DNA of 64,000 nt from NCBI RefSeq assembly GCF_006345805.1, contig NC_043009.1:868001-932000 (forward strand), read 5' to 3'. Below the pieces are notes generated by a model that saw only the letters and a list, made by a program, of their open reading frames with translations, was not told where the DNA came from and did not search any database. A program made the translations under genes and the position numbers. This DNA comes from Octopus sinensis (lineage: Eukaryota). How positions within the stretch are numbered: the first letter of the stretch is position 1; each line of letters opens with the position of its first letter. This document shows positions 1 through 12,585 of this stretch, in pieces.

Positions 1-984
1 ACCTCACCAAACTGGACGACTGGCATTCTCTTTCGTTCTTCCACGGGGCTGAAACAAAGTTAGGTGGCAGTCACATACTGCAAGCAAGGTAAAGAAACAC
101 ACCTATCCTCCCTGTCTAGGAATAAATAGCCTTGTACCAAATCTACTTCCATCATCATTTAATATCTGTTTTCCATGCTGGCATGGATTGGACAGTTTGA
201 TAGGAGGTGGCCAGCCTGGGAGCTGCCCACACTCCATGTCAGTTTAGGTATGGTTTCTATGACTGGATGCCCTTCCTAACACCAACCACTATACAGAGAG
301 TACTGGGTGCTTTCATGTGGCACCAGCATGGATGCTTTTTATGTGGCACTGGCTCTTTTACGTGACACCAGCACAGGTGCTCCTACATGACACTGATATA
401 GGAGCTTTTTACATAGAACTGGCATGAATGTTTTTACTTTATATATCACATCCCATGCATTTCAAAAAACATGAAACAAATTGAAGAATGTAGTCCTAGC
501 TATACTAGGCCTGTCTGAAAAAAAAATGTGACAGTCACATGTAGAATGTCTTGACCATAGGTCTATTCAATGAGAGCTGACCAGGAGTAGCTAAATAACA
601 ATTAATCATCGTTTAGTTAAATTACTAATTATTACTAATATTTAACTTCTTAGGTGGAATGTGGGAGAGGGGCAGAGTTCGTTTATTTTCATTTTCCCAT
701 TTCTTCAGACAATTTACTCTTTCTCCCCAATCATCATCATTGTCATAACAATAATAATGTCTACTTTTCCATATTTGCATGGGTTGGACAGAGTTTATTT
801 GGGACAGACTTTCTACAGCCAGTTGCCCTTCCTGTTGCCAGCCACCACTTGTTCCCGAGCAAGGTAATATTCCACCCACCGTGGCCAGACATGTTCTTGC
901 AGGAGACTGGAAATGAATGACACTTTTCGTATTACAGTGATACTCATTTACAAGTATGATGACAAGGAGACACAAACACACATG

Positions 985-1876
985 CAAGGTCTAATAAATA
1001 AGTATCCAAACTGTCGTCATAGTAACAAAGCTAAAGCATGCAGAGTGAAACCACTTAGCAAAAATTAACCTTGAAACCTGTTGTGCATGCGAACTAAGTT
1101 TTAATATTCTAGCTCACTTCCTCTGTTTACAGCAGTGCTTGGTAGGAAGGTGTGTAGTGTGTGATCGTCGCACTGACTATGACAGAAAAAGTTGTCATGG
1201 CGATACCTGCTCAGAGGCCTACACAAAGTTGCAGAAAGTGTATGGTGAGGAGTGTATGAGACGCACACAAGTGTACAAGTGGTTCAGACGTTTCCAAGAT
1301 GGCCGAAAATATGTCGATACTGACAAACGTTCTGGGAGACCCATAACCAGCAGAACTGAGAAAAGTATCACAGATGTGCATGAAACTGTGATGGGAAATC
1401 CTCAAATCACCATCCATAAGTTATCAGAGGATGTGCAGATTAATTACAGTTCAGTTTAATCCATTATCACAGATTAGTGTACAAGATGCGTGTCTGCCAA
1501 GTTTGTACCAAAACTGCTTTCGGCTGACCAAAAAGGCACTCAAGTTTCAGTAGAACAAGATTTCCTTGATTCTGTCGAGAATGATGAAAAGTTTTTGAAA
1601 ACTTTGTGTAGGGCTCTGAGCAGGTATCGCCAAGCTTTTGGCAAAATTTGGTGCAGATTCTCTGCTCAACTTTCTCTGTCATAGTCAATGCTATGACCAC
1701 ACACTACACACCTTCCTTCATAGTACTGCTGTAAACAGTGAAAGTGAGCTAGAATGTTAAAACTTAGTGTCCATGCACTGCAGAGTTCAAGGTCAATCTG
1801 TGCCAAGTGGCTTCACTCTGTCTACTTTAGCTTCGTTACTATGGCAACAGTCTGGATACTTATTGATCAGACCACA
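985..1876. mobile_element. Non-autonomous mariner derivative with long (~250-280 bp) inverted ends
   Basis: Ends (C)AAGGTCT...AGACCAC(A), TA on the right. Transposase N-terminal remnants occur on both strands (VYKWFRRFQDGR...RSGRP; MTEKVEQRICTKFCQKLG). Confidence 0.85.
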
Positions 1877-2273
1877 TACATATCATCATTTAATGCTGGC
1901 TTTCCTGCTACAAAGGCTTGGACAGTTTGATAGGATCTGATGAGCTACAGGACTGCATCAAACTCCAGTGCCAGCTTTCACATGGATTCTATGGCTGGAC
2001 GCCCTTCCACACATAAACCACTTTACAGTGTGTACTGGGTGGTTTTTTTTTTTCATGCCACCAACACATGCAAGGCCACCAAGTAACTCATGAGGCGGAA
2101 AAGAGAAAGAGGGTTTCTTTCCTTAACCCTAACCATCTACTAAAACCACTCAAAAGGTTTTGGGTTAGCTCAAGGGGTATAGTAAAAGACATTTGCTCTA
2201 TGTGCCACAAAGATACCAAAAAAAACAAAAAAAAATTTTAATCATAAAAGAAACTAAAAAAATGTACACTTAC

Positions 2274-2313
2274 CACCTTCAGACACCATAGTACCAAGCA
2301 GAGCAGCAATTGC
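2274..2313 (-). CDS. SLC30A9: SLC30A9 exon AIAALLGTMVSEG; gene continues beyond position 1
   Basis: aatttacag / gtaagt, 40 nt. Matches recalled AYCILAGSLVSEG. No further exon was found in 1-2273. Confidence 0.9.
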
Positions 2314-3137
2314 CTGTAAATTAGATAATACAATAAAGAATAGTAAAAAAAAACCCTCAAGTAGCATTAGTCTTTGTTTTGTTTTGTTTTTGCAATCTGT
2401 TAATCAGGAAGACAGTGCACTTGACCCTTTACAGGGACTCCAAGGCTAGGTGGGGGTGGATAGTATCACCAAACTGAAAACATGGCCCAAATGCTTGTTA
2501 CAGAGTGGAATCTGTTAAAGGCATCCAAAGTATGGAAGGAGGGGTAAGGAGTGAGTGGCAGATCAAGTTTACCACCCAAGGAGGGCCATGGTAGGATTTG
2601 AACCCAGAACACAAAGAGCTGGAATTAACACTGCAAGACATCCAGTGCAATGTTCTTACGAGTACAAGTCCACCAATCTATAACCTGGATACGTTTTTTT
2701 TTTTTTCATCAACCCCCAACAAAAGGATAAAAGACAAAATTGACCTTGGTAACATTTGAGCTAGGACTGTAAAAAGTTGGAAGGACAAATAACGCAAGGC
2801 ATCCAATCTGATGCTCTTGCAATTCCACCAATCTACCAACTTGGACTCGTAAATTGTTTTATCAACCCTGAAGGGACAAAAGGCAAAGGTAACTTTGGCG
2901 AATGTAAAGAGTTATAGAAATCCAGTAAGACATTTATGGCGAATGCGATGCCAAAACCGATGCCGGCAACAGACACCACCAATGACGCTGACGATGACAA
3001 CAGCCACTGCCGCCACCACCGTCATCATTAGTTATTGTCTGTTCTCAGCAGGTTCAACAACAGAGATTGTCTTTTCAATCTTTCATGTGCTGTTCTTAAG
3101 CATTCACTCTATTTTAAGTCTGTTCATTTCTTGTGAA

Positions 3138-3460
3138 GGGCAAGGCTCAGTGGTTAGAGGGTTGGGCTCACAAACATGAGGTAGTGGGTTCGAATCCCAG
3201 ACCGGGCTGCGTGTTGTGCTCTTCAGCAAGACACTTTATTTCATGTTGCTCCAGTTCACTCAGCTGTAGAAATGAGTGACTGGTGCCAAGCTGTATCAAC
3301 CTTTGCCTTTCCCTTGGATAATAATAGTCTGGAGAGGAGGTTGGTATGGAGAGGGGTGACTGCTGGTCTTCTATTAACAATCTTACCTGGACTTGTGCCT
3401 CAGAAGGGAACTTTCTAAGTGCATCTTATGGTCAGTCATTCATGACCAAAAGGGGTCTTT
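3138..3460 (+). mobile_element. tRNA-derived SINE family C; an inverted copy lies at 43205-43545
   Basis: GGCTCAGTGG A box, GGTTCGAATCCC B box, and a tail shared with 43205-43545. Confidence 0.8.
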
Positions 3461-3762
3461 ATTCTTTACCCATTTCTTGATATCACCTCTTCATGTAATT
3501 CTTGGTTTTTCTTCTCCCTCTCTTCCCAATCTATTTCGCCTTCTGTTAACAATCTCAGTAAATCTTTTTCATTAAATTAACCCCTTAGCATTCATATCAC
3601 TCTGTCAAATGTAATATTTATTCTCATTATATTGAATAAACAATGCAGTATTTTAATGATGTAACAGTATATTTTTAGAATACCATTGACAGACAGGTGT
3701 GATAAGCTAGATCTGGTTTGGTGCCTCATTTGTATTGTTTCATCGATTTTATAATTGACTTG

Positions 3763-3939
3763 TGTAAGAGGTTTACTGCCTCACAATGGCTTTCTTGTAA
3801 ATGTAAGAGGTTTACTGCCTCACAATGGCTTTCTTGTAAATGTAAGAGGTTTACTGCCTCACAATGGCTTTCTTGTAAATGTAAGAGGTTTACTGCCTCA
3901 CAATGGCTTTCTTGTAAATGTAAGAGGTTTACTGCCTCA
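3763..3939. repeat. Perfect 39-bp minisatellite, 4.5 units
   Basis: TGTAAGAGGTTTACTGCCTCACAATGGCTTTCTTGTAAA x4 plus 21 bp. Confidence 0.97.
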
Positions 3940-4213
3940 AATATGCTACTTACAAAGAACAATTTGCTCAGGTAAACAGCAATCGGCAGGCGTTGCTGTT
4001 GCCCTCGTTATTGTCATCTCGTTTATCACTTTGTCTCATTATGTCTTTGTCCAGCCTGCAGCTTCCTTTCTTTGCAAGGCCTTTATGGCCAATCTAATGA
4101 ATAAAAGCTGGATCTGACTAATTAGGACATAAAAACAAGTAGCATATTTGGGGCTGGATATAGCCGGTTTAAATGCTAAAGGGCTAAAACAAGGAAAAAT
4201 AAACCAAACTCAC

Positions 4214-4349
4214 CCATCCAAGGTATTCCATTTCTTGTGGATGTAGTAACCCCTGAATTCCATGATATACAGATAAACCAGTGCCAAAACAAAAAATGCC
4301 AACACCACTGATGAGAGAGGATATATTTTTCAGATTGCGGTATCCATAC
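4214..4349 (-). CDS. SLC30A9: SLC30A9 exon YGYRNLKNISSLISGVGIFCFGTGLSVYHGIQGLLHPQEMEYLGW
   Basis: cttttttccaattag / gtgagt, 136 nt. Matches recalled YGFSNMRYISSLISGVGIFMMGAGLSWYHGVMGLLHPQPIESLLW. Confidence 0.97.
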
Positions 4350-5399
4350 CTAATTGGAAAAAAGAAGACAAAAGATTTTTAAAAATCGTTCATAAAGTAC
4401 GGCCAGGTATGGGTATATAGTAAAAGAGGTCACTTCCAAACCATGTGGTTTCAGGTTCAGTCCTACTATGTGGCACATTGGGTGTCTTCTACTATAGTCC
4501 TGGGCTGACCAAAACCTTGTGAATAGATTGGGACATAGAAACTGAAAAAAGCTTGTCGTGCGTGTGTGTGTGTGTGTCCCCACCATACAAGCAGTGTCCT
4601 TCATTTCCAATCTTTTGTGAAAACATGTCCAGCCAAGGCAAAATATAACCTTACTTGGAAACAAGTGAGGGTTTGCAACAAGAATTGCATCCAGCCACAG
4701 AAAATCTGCCTCAACATCTTCCATCTGGCCCGTGTTAGCTAATTTCTCAGCATTAATATGTGAGTAAGAGGCTGTATAGTATGTTGGTGAAATTTTACCA
4801 GTTGGCTGGGTAGCCTTCTTTTGGATGTAGTTCTAAGATATTTATGGGTGTAGCAGCAGCACCATTCAAAATACCCTGGGCAGTATTTCGTTGAATAAGC
4901 AATTCATGTCTCACTCAAGATCACACATCTTTAGACATGGTATACTTTCTCTTCATTGGTTTTATTAACCCTGGAAGGATGAAACCACTATAAAGTCCAG
5001 TCGTTGCTGTGGTGTGATAGCTTATGTGCCTCAATGATCCTGAGAGCTATGAGAGCTCTTAGTAGCCCTCACCACCACCATACTGGACAGCTCAAAGGAT
5101 TGAGGCCAGACTTATATGGACCACCTCTTGGCCAGAGATAAAAATGGGTTTGTGTAGGACCAACCCACCTATCCAAAAAGAGCAAAGTTACAGAAATATT
5201 GATGGAAGTCAAAATCAAGAAGATCTGAGAGAGGAAGGCCTTCTCTCCAGGAAGACATCACAGAGTTGAGAAAAGTGGGAAAAAATCATTGATGATTCCA
5301 TGCTCCACAGGGAGTGAAGGGCTTCAATAAAATGGAATGATGAAAGACACAGTCAACCTTGACAAGAGTTGACAACCAGAATGTAACAGAAGTTCATAA

Positions 5400-5700
5400 C
5401 AAAATACTGCAAGACACTTTACATACCCTTTCCACTTGTTTCGCCACTAGGGTTACTGTCTCACACCCACCCGGTACTAGCTGTCCCAGCCTCGATTTGT
5501 TACAGTGTCCCACTTTTACCAACCAGCAGCAGTACCAGGCTTTCCCTGTTACTGTCCCACATTCACTGAAAAATTCCATGCAGTCCTTCCTCTCTACGAC
5601 TTTAACCCACTGGAATTCACTCCCTGCTTGTTTTAAATGCAAAATACTGACATACACAAATTCAAAGTGAACACCAACCACAACAACCTGGCCTTTCTAC
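5400..5700 (+). mobile_element. Old CR1/L2/Jockey-type LINE 3' remnant
   Basis: SFLSTTLTHWNSLPACF matches the SF..RT...WN.LP LINE C-terminal motif. Confidence 0.55.
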
Positions 5701-5989
5701 CAAACAATCATAATCACCATGATCAAGGTAATGGTGGTGGTGATAACAATAATAATAATAATAATAATCATTTCAAATTTTGGCAGCAATTTCGGTGGGA
5801 AAGGGGTAAGTCAATTACATTGACCCCAGTGATCAACTGGTACTTATTTTCTTGACCCTGAAAGGATGAAAGGCAAAGTCGACCACAGTGGAATTTGAAC
5901 TCAGAACATGAAGAAGGTCAAAATACTGCTAAGCATTTCACCCATGCCAGCTCATCACCTTAATAATAATAATAATACTAATACAGATA

Positions 5990-6025
<36 letters not shown>

Positions 6026-6304
6026 CAATGGCTTCAGATTGTGCAACAAGAGCAGCCATTTTGAAGGAAGGGATAAGTTGATTACATCGACCCCAGTGTT
6101 TCACTGGTACTTAATTTATCAACCCCAAAAGGATGAAAGGCAAAGCCAACCTCAGCGGAATTTGAAATCAGAACATTGCGACAGATGAAATACCAATAAG
6201 CATTTTGCCCAGTTTGCCATCTTAATAATAATAGAAATAATTAATAATCATAATATAATAATAATAACAACAATAATAATAATAACAATTATAATAATAC
6301 TTAC

Positions 6305-6360
6305 GGATGAACAGCATCAGGCTTTTTAATAGAGTGGTATAAGCCAATTCCTAATATTAC
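6305..6360 (-). CDS. SLC30A9: SLC30A9 exon VILGIGLYHSIKKPDAVH(P)
   Basis: ttttcttatcccag / gtaagt, 56 nt. Matches the CDF loop ...S...PD..HP. Confidence 0.95.
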
Positions 6361-7478
6361 CTGGGATAAGAAAAAATTTAGAAATAAAATAAAATTAAAT
6401 ATATATGTATATGTGTGTATATATATATAATTTATATATATCACAGGCACAGGTGTGATTAAAAAGCTTGCTTCCCAACCATGTAGCCTTGGGTTCAGCC
6501 CCACTGTGCAGCACCGAGGGCAAGTGCCTTCCAGCAAAGCCCTGGGTTGACCATATTCCTTGTGCTCTGCGATATCTATGCAAATAGTATGGGGTCTACC
6601 TGCTGATGTGCAGCAGTGCCACAAAGGTAAAACAAAAACTGGCAATTATAAACAGCTCTGAAGATGTAAACATTATTTATGTCGAAGTATTCAGGCTTTT
6701 CTTTTAACACCCGGCATCTTAATGGGACATTCTACTCTGATGCTTTCCTACAGCTAATGAGCACATAGCAGATCATATACAGTAAGTATGTGATATCGAG
6801 ATTAAATGTGTGTGTGTGTCATGCTGGTACTACGTAAAAACACTCCTCAAAGTGGCTGGCGTTAAGAAGGGCATCCAGCTTTAGAAACTATGCCAAAACA
6901 GACATGGAGCCTGAACAGCCCTTCAGCTAGTAAGCTCCTGTCAAACTGTCCGACCCATGCCAGCGTGGAAAATGGACATTAAATGAATATATATATATAT
7001 CATCATCATTGTTTAACGTCCGTTTTCCGTGCTAGCACGGGTTGAACGATCCGACTGGGGTCTGGGAAGCCAAGAGGCTGTACCAGGCTGCAGTCTGATC
7101 TGGCAGTGTTTCTACAGCTGGATGCCCTTCCTAACACCAACCACTTCGTGAGTGTAGTGGGTGTTTTTTACGTGCCACCGACACAGGTGCCAGGGGAGTA
7201 TTTGCATCCAGACTGAAGAAAGTGAAATTTATACTGAACAATGCATATTCATTAGAAAAACCACAGTTTCTAAGGGTTTTAAAAGCAAAACCCTTGAGAT
7301 GACCCTGAATCTGTAAATGAATGTGTTATCAGTTTGCAAAGAGGTTTCAATTATATTTATTTTTGTCTAAAGGCAGCTTAGCCATTGTGACACAAAAGCA
7401 GATTGTTAGATGTTGAGAGGGAGGGAGGGGAAACGAAATCAAAAGAACAAGGATCAAATGATTTCAGAGTGATTATTT

Positions 7479-7515
<37 letters not shown>

Positions 7516-8482
7516 GATAGAAAGAGAGAGAGGGAGAGAGAAAGGAAAGAATATTTACAAAATAAATAATTATATTTTTAATAAATGACAGCTGAAACTA
7601 ATGAATAAGATGATGATGGTGATGAGAGTGGGGTGTTTTTTTGTAGTGGCGGTGGTGGTGGGGATGTGAATACTTGCATTTTGGGAACCAATGTGTAAAC
7701 AAAACCCTTGAGTTGTTGAGTAAATGTAAATGAATGCTTTATAAGTTGGAAACAACTGGAATTATTTCAAAATGGATTTTGAGATCTTAAGAGGGAGGAA
7801 GTGAAATCAAATCCAAATAACAACAGGAGTGTCTTTGTGATAAGAGGCTTGCTTCCCAACTACATGGTTCCAGGTTCAGTCCCACTGGGTGGCACCTTGA
7901 GCAAGTGTCATCTACTATAACCAAAGCTTTGTGAGTGGCTTTGGTAGACGGAAACAGAAAGAAGTCCATCCTGAATATATGAGTGTGTGTTTGTGTATAT
8001 ATGTATCATCATCATCATCGTTTAGCGTCCGCTTTCCATGCTAGCATGGGTTGGACGGGTCAACTGGGGTCTGTGAAGCTGGAAGGCTTCGTCAGGCCCA
8101 GTCAGATCTGGCAGTGTTTCTACGGCTGGATGCCCTTCCTAACGCCAACCACTCCGCGAGTGTAGTGGGTGTTTTTTACGTGCCACCTGCACAGGTGCCA
8201 GACAGAGCTGGCGAACGGCCACGAACGGATGGTGCTTTTACGTGTCACCGGCACGGGGCCAGGCGATGCTGGCAACGGACACGAACGGACTCCCAAATTT
8301 TTGACTAATGCCGGTATAATAGTATAATACAGAATGCTGTGGGTGACTTTTACACAAGAATGTACTTTATGAATGTAAAAATATAAAACAAAGATATGTA
8401 GGTCTATAGGCCAACTTAAGACTAAATCGACTTACAACCAGTTGTCAGTCGGAACCAATTGTGGTCATACGTCAACAACAAC

Positions 8483-8537
<55 letters not shown>

Positions 8538-8728
8538 ATATATATGACACACACACACACACACACACACATATATTATACAGGAATATACGAAATATAT
8601 TATGATACACATATAGTGTGTGTGTGTATATATATAGATCTACACTTCATAATTTTATCCTTAAAAGTACTAAAGGAGAAAAAAATGGTCAAATAGAATG
8701 AAAATATTGAACAAAAATTCAAATCTAC

Positions 8729-8831
8729 CTGGTTGACTGTGTCAGCAAGTGAGTGAATACATTCAGAAAACATACTATGAGAACCAGTATACAGCCAAGC
8801 TATTAACTTCACTAATGTATTTATTGCATTG
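8729..8831 (-). CDS. SLC30A9: SLC30A9 exon (I)NAINTLVKLIAWLYTGSHSMFSECIHSLADTVNQ, containing the CDF TM2 HxxxD zinc-site motif
   Basis: ctttcttttccag / CAG|gtagat, 103 nt. Near-identical to recalled ZnT9 KFLAWIYTGSASMFSEAIHSLSDTCNQ. Confidence 0.97.
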
Positions 8832-10796
8832 CTGGAAAAGAAAGAATAAATTAATGGTTTAAAATTTCAGCACAAGGCCAGCGATTTTAGGGAGTGGGGG
8901 ATAAGTTGGTTACATCAACCCCTGTATTTGACTAGTGCTTTTTTTTTATTTACCCCTGAGGGGAGGAAAGGTAAAAGCTACCTCAGAGGAATTTGAACTC
9001 AAAACAAAGAGAACTGGGAGAAATGCTGCTAAGCATTTTGTCAAATGTGCTAACAATTCTGCCAGCTCACTGCCTCATGTAAAAAGCATCCAGTCCACAC
9101 CGTGAAGTGATTGAAATTTAGAAGGGTATCCAGCTGTAAAAACCATGCCAAAATCGACCTCGCCTGCGGTGGTGACACATAAAAAGCACTTAGTCCACTC
9201 TGTAGGGGTGTTGGTGTTAGGAAGGGCATCCAGCCGCAAAAACTATACGAAAACAGTCAGTCTTCTGTCTGACCAGCTCCTGTCAAACCATCCAACCCAT
9301 GGCAGCATGGAAGGCAAGTGTTAAACAACGATGATGAGGAGGAGGTGGAGGTGGACAACTACCATAAAGAAGTACCAATCTCTAACTGTGGAGGGAATCT
9401 GTGGAAGAGGTGGACCCAGGAAGACATGAGATGAGGTGGTGAAGCATGATCTGCAGACACTGAGTCTCACAGAGGCGATGACAAAGGATTAAGACCTTTG
9501 GTGATTTGCTGTGATTGAGAAGACTCATCAAGCCAAGTGAAATTGTAATTGTAGCTGGTGTCAGCGTCACATAAAGGGCAACCGTGCCAGTGACATGTAA
9601 AGGAAATTTTTTTAGCAAACATTAGTGAAAAAAACGGATTTCGTCCAGAAATTTCCATTCAAATTTATTTTAAGACATTTACTTCAGACAACAAACAGGA
9701 TGAGACACTAGCTAATATATGAGACACCTATTTTCTTTCCTTTTTGTTCTTTTTTATATTTTAGTAGGGAGAGAAGGCAGTGTCCATGACCCTTTAAAGG
9801 GCCTCTGAGGCTGATGAGATGAAGTAAGAAGATATCTTCAAACCGAAGACCTTGTCCAAAAGCTCATAACAGTGCCTTGTGGTGATGTTAAACTAGACAA
9901 CATTATGATATTGTATGATATTAATATCACATACAATATTAATACATTACCCGACCTAGTATCTGGCTTCCAGAAATCTGGAGATATTGAGCAATAATGC
10001 TGTATCCTGTATTAAGTAAACAGACCCTGTTTCGGAAGCTGGTTAACCTCCATACTGTGAGTTAAAATAGTTTCATTCTTTACGTTTTTAAGTAGATTGA
10101 TAAAGATTAAACATACTCGACTCTAAAATTGTATTAATTTATATCTTTTAAATATAATGATCTTTTTTTTTTACTTCATTTTTGTATCTGGTTTGCAAGA
10201 TTCTTTATATGAATTCGTGTGTTGAAACAAATTTTTGTATCTTCTACTTCGTCTTTGTATCTGGTTAATATTTTCTAGTGGTTTTGTTATATTGGTACAA
10301 GATGTGTCGGAGGCCCTTCTAGCTAAAGAAATCTTAGCCTCTGCCTCACTCTCCCTAAGCGCAACAAAAGATTGTTTTTGATTTTTCTTCGTTCCATTTT
10401 CCTCTATAAACATTGCACTGTGTACATAGTACAGCATGATATATTTTTAAGAATTTTAAGTGGATAAATAAATATCAAACGGAGCCTGCTTTAGAAGTGT
10501 ATAATAATTCGAATTTGTTAAAATACAATTTAATTCTTTATTTTTTATAGTTTACTTTATATTCCGAGTATATATTTAACTCTAACCCAGAAAACCGGGA
10601 TATTTCCGGTCCCAAGCTAACTGGATAATCAATCAGGTACGGAATGAGAATTCAAACTAAGATGATTTTTTTTAAAAAGTTAAATAACCGGAATTTATGT
10701 TAAACAAAAGATATTCATTGCAAGGGAAGTAATCCTAAGAAGAAGAAAAAAATCTTGCGTAACAAGGGAGGTAATAATATTCAGTATTAAAGCAGA

Positions 10797-11194
10797 TCTC
10801 TCTATATATAAAGCTGAAGTTGTCTGTGTATGGGAGATTTGGTAGCCTTCAACTAACACTATCTCCTCCGAGACCCTGCGGCGCAAGTTGACCAAAATTG
10901 AGAGTATGATAGAAGAAGGCTTGCTCTTCCTTCCGTAGAAGAAAAAATTCAAATCGGACCATGTTAAGACCAAAAATTATTTACATCAAAAAGGTGCTTT
11001 TTTTCTATGAAAATCCCTATTTTTTGCGATTTTTTGACTGCTGTGTCGCCATTTTTCGGTGTATTTCAACCAGAAAAATGTTCACATAAATAGAATAACA
11101 AGCTACATAATGCAAAATTTTTACTTTCCAAAAATTCCAATTCTAAAGGGTCGAAAACAAAACAAGCCCGAGCAACGCTGGGCTATATTGCTAG
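10797..11194 (+). mobile_element. Non-autonomous Helitron-like element
   Basis: A|TC start, subterminal hairpin CCCGAGCAACGCTGGG, CTAG|T end. Confidence 0.8.
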
Positions 11195-11634
11195 TGGTCT
11201 TAAAATCTATGACACTTCTTCAAAACTCCACTCGGTCAAAATTCTGCTTATGCCCAAAGAGGAAACAATTGAACAGATCTCTATTCTAACCTTGACCAGT
11301 CAATCTTTTTAGGAATATGTCATCCAGTTTTAAGACAAATGTTGCTTGCTTTTATGATTATCTTCACTATCAAACCCATCATCATCATCATTTAACATCC
11401 CAGACATTCCCATGTCTGCATGGGTCAAATGCAATTTGCAGAGGCAAATTTTCGATGGCTTAATGCATTTCCTGCCACCGAACCTCACTGATTTCCAAAT
11501 AAGGAAATGTTTTTCTTTGGCCGGACATGCTTTTCAAAAGCAGACTGGAATTGAGCAACATCAATTGTATGACAGCAATGGTCAATTACAATCATCATGT
11601 GATATCATGACCAGGGTGCACACACACATATATA

Positions 11635-11843
11635 CGAGGGGGTGGGGCTGAAAAGTTCCTGGCTTTGAATAAAAAAAAAATACAGGATGATCAGTTAATT
11701 ATGATTTTATTCACCATGTTCCACTCTCAGATTCACACACATTGCAGCGATCCTTCAGTTTTCTAAGCCCTGTAAAATAACTCGGAAGGCTGGGCCTTCA
11801 ACCAGGCCTTTTGTGACATCCTTAAAGCCAGGAACTTTTCAGC
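11635..11843. mobile_element. Mariner-derived MITE (~210 bp), right end clipped
   Basis: TA|CGAGGGG...GCTGAAAAGTTCCTGGCTTT and inverted AAAGCCAGGAACTTTTCAGC. Confidence 0.75.
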
Positions 11844-11844
11844 A

Positions 11845-12268
11845 TTATTTACATTATTTACATTTGACAGATATTTGTCCTCATCTTGTTTGTTGTTAAC
11901 ACAATGTTTTGGCTGATATACCCTCCAGCCTTCATCGGGTGTCTTGGGAAATTTCGAACCTAGGTTCTCATTCCTAAGGTATTTTTCGTTGTTGTTGTTG
12001 GTATTATTATTATTCAGGTCACTGCCTGGAATTGAACTCGGAATCTTGGAGATAGTAGCCTGTGCTCTTAACCACTACACCATATGTAGTGGTTAATAAT
12101 AATAACATCGAAAAATAGCTTAGGAATGAGAACCCAGGTTCAAAATTTCCCTAAGACACCTGATGAAGGCTGGAGGGTATATCAGCCAAAACGTTAACAA
12201 CAAAGAAGATGAGGACAAATATCTGTCAAATGTAAATAATTCCTCATCTCTTAAATATAGAACTGTAA
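11845..12268. mobile_element. Head-to-head inverted pair of a tRNA-headed, (AAT)n-linked element carrying a decayed hammerhead motif
   Basis: The minus copy has a tRNA-like head (TGGTGTAGTGG...GAGTTCAATTCC, ~12086-12015). Both arms carry GACAC-C(T/C)GATGA-A-GGCTG...CAGCC-AAAAC. The junction is centred on CATATG at 12081-12086. Confidence 0.65.
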
Positions 12269-12585
12269 CCTCATATATATGTGAGTATATACACGATGGG
12301 CTTCATTCTGTTTCTATTTACCAAATCCACTCACAAGGCTTTGGTTGGCCCTAGACTATGGCCCAGGACTATGGAAGAAGGTGCATGCAGTGGGACTGAA
12401 CTGAAGACCACATGGTTGGGAAGCAACGCTTGCACTTCTGCGTCTGTGTGTGTGTGCACATGTGAATATTTGCATTCTTTAATGTTGACACTGGTTGACC
12501 AATCACAGACCGTCTTCTATAAAAGAATGTCCATCCACTGAACTGTCAAAGCTTCAAAGAACAAAGGGGAATATTATCTTTCATG

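Noticed and set aside
3718-4117. ORFs with 13-aa repeats; likewise the 21-aa repeat ORFs at 16907-17192
   Set aside because: Unit lengths of 39 and 63 bp are multiples of 3 and open on both strands. They are intronic VNTRs with no splice or start context. They are not CRISPR arrays, as they have no spacers.
9820-9870. CTGATGAG followed by a partial hairpin
   Set aside because: No GAAA and no stem I, so it is not a hammerhead.
10171-10437. 88-aa minus ORF
   Set aside because: It overlaps sequence shared with the 44400 repeat family, has no domain motif I can name, and is intronic.
12015-12086. tRNA gene
   Set aside because: A/B boxes are present but there is no complete cloverleaf. This and all other tRNA-like heads in the window belong to SINEs.
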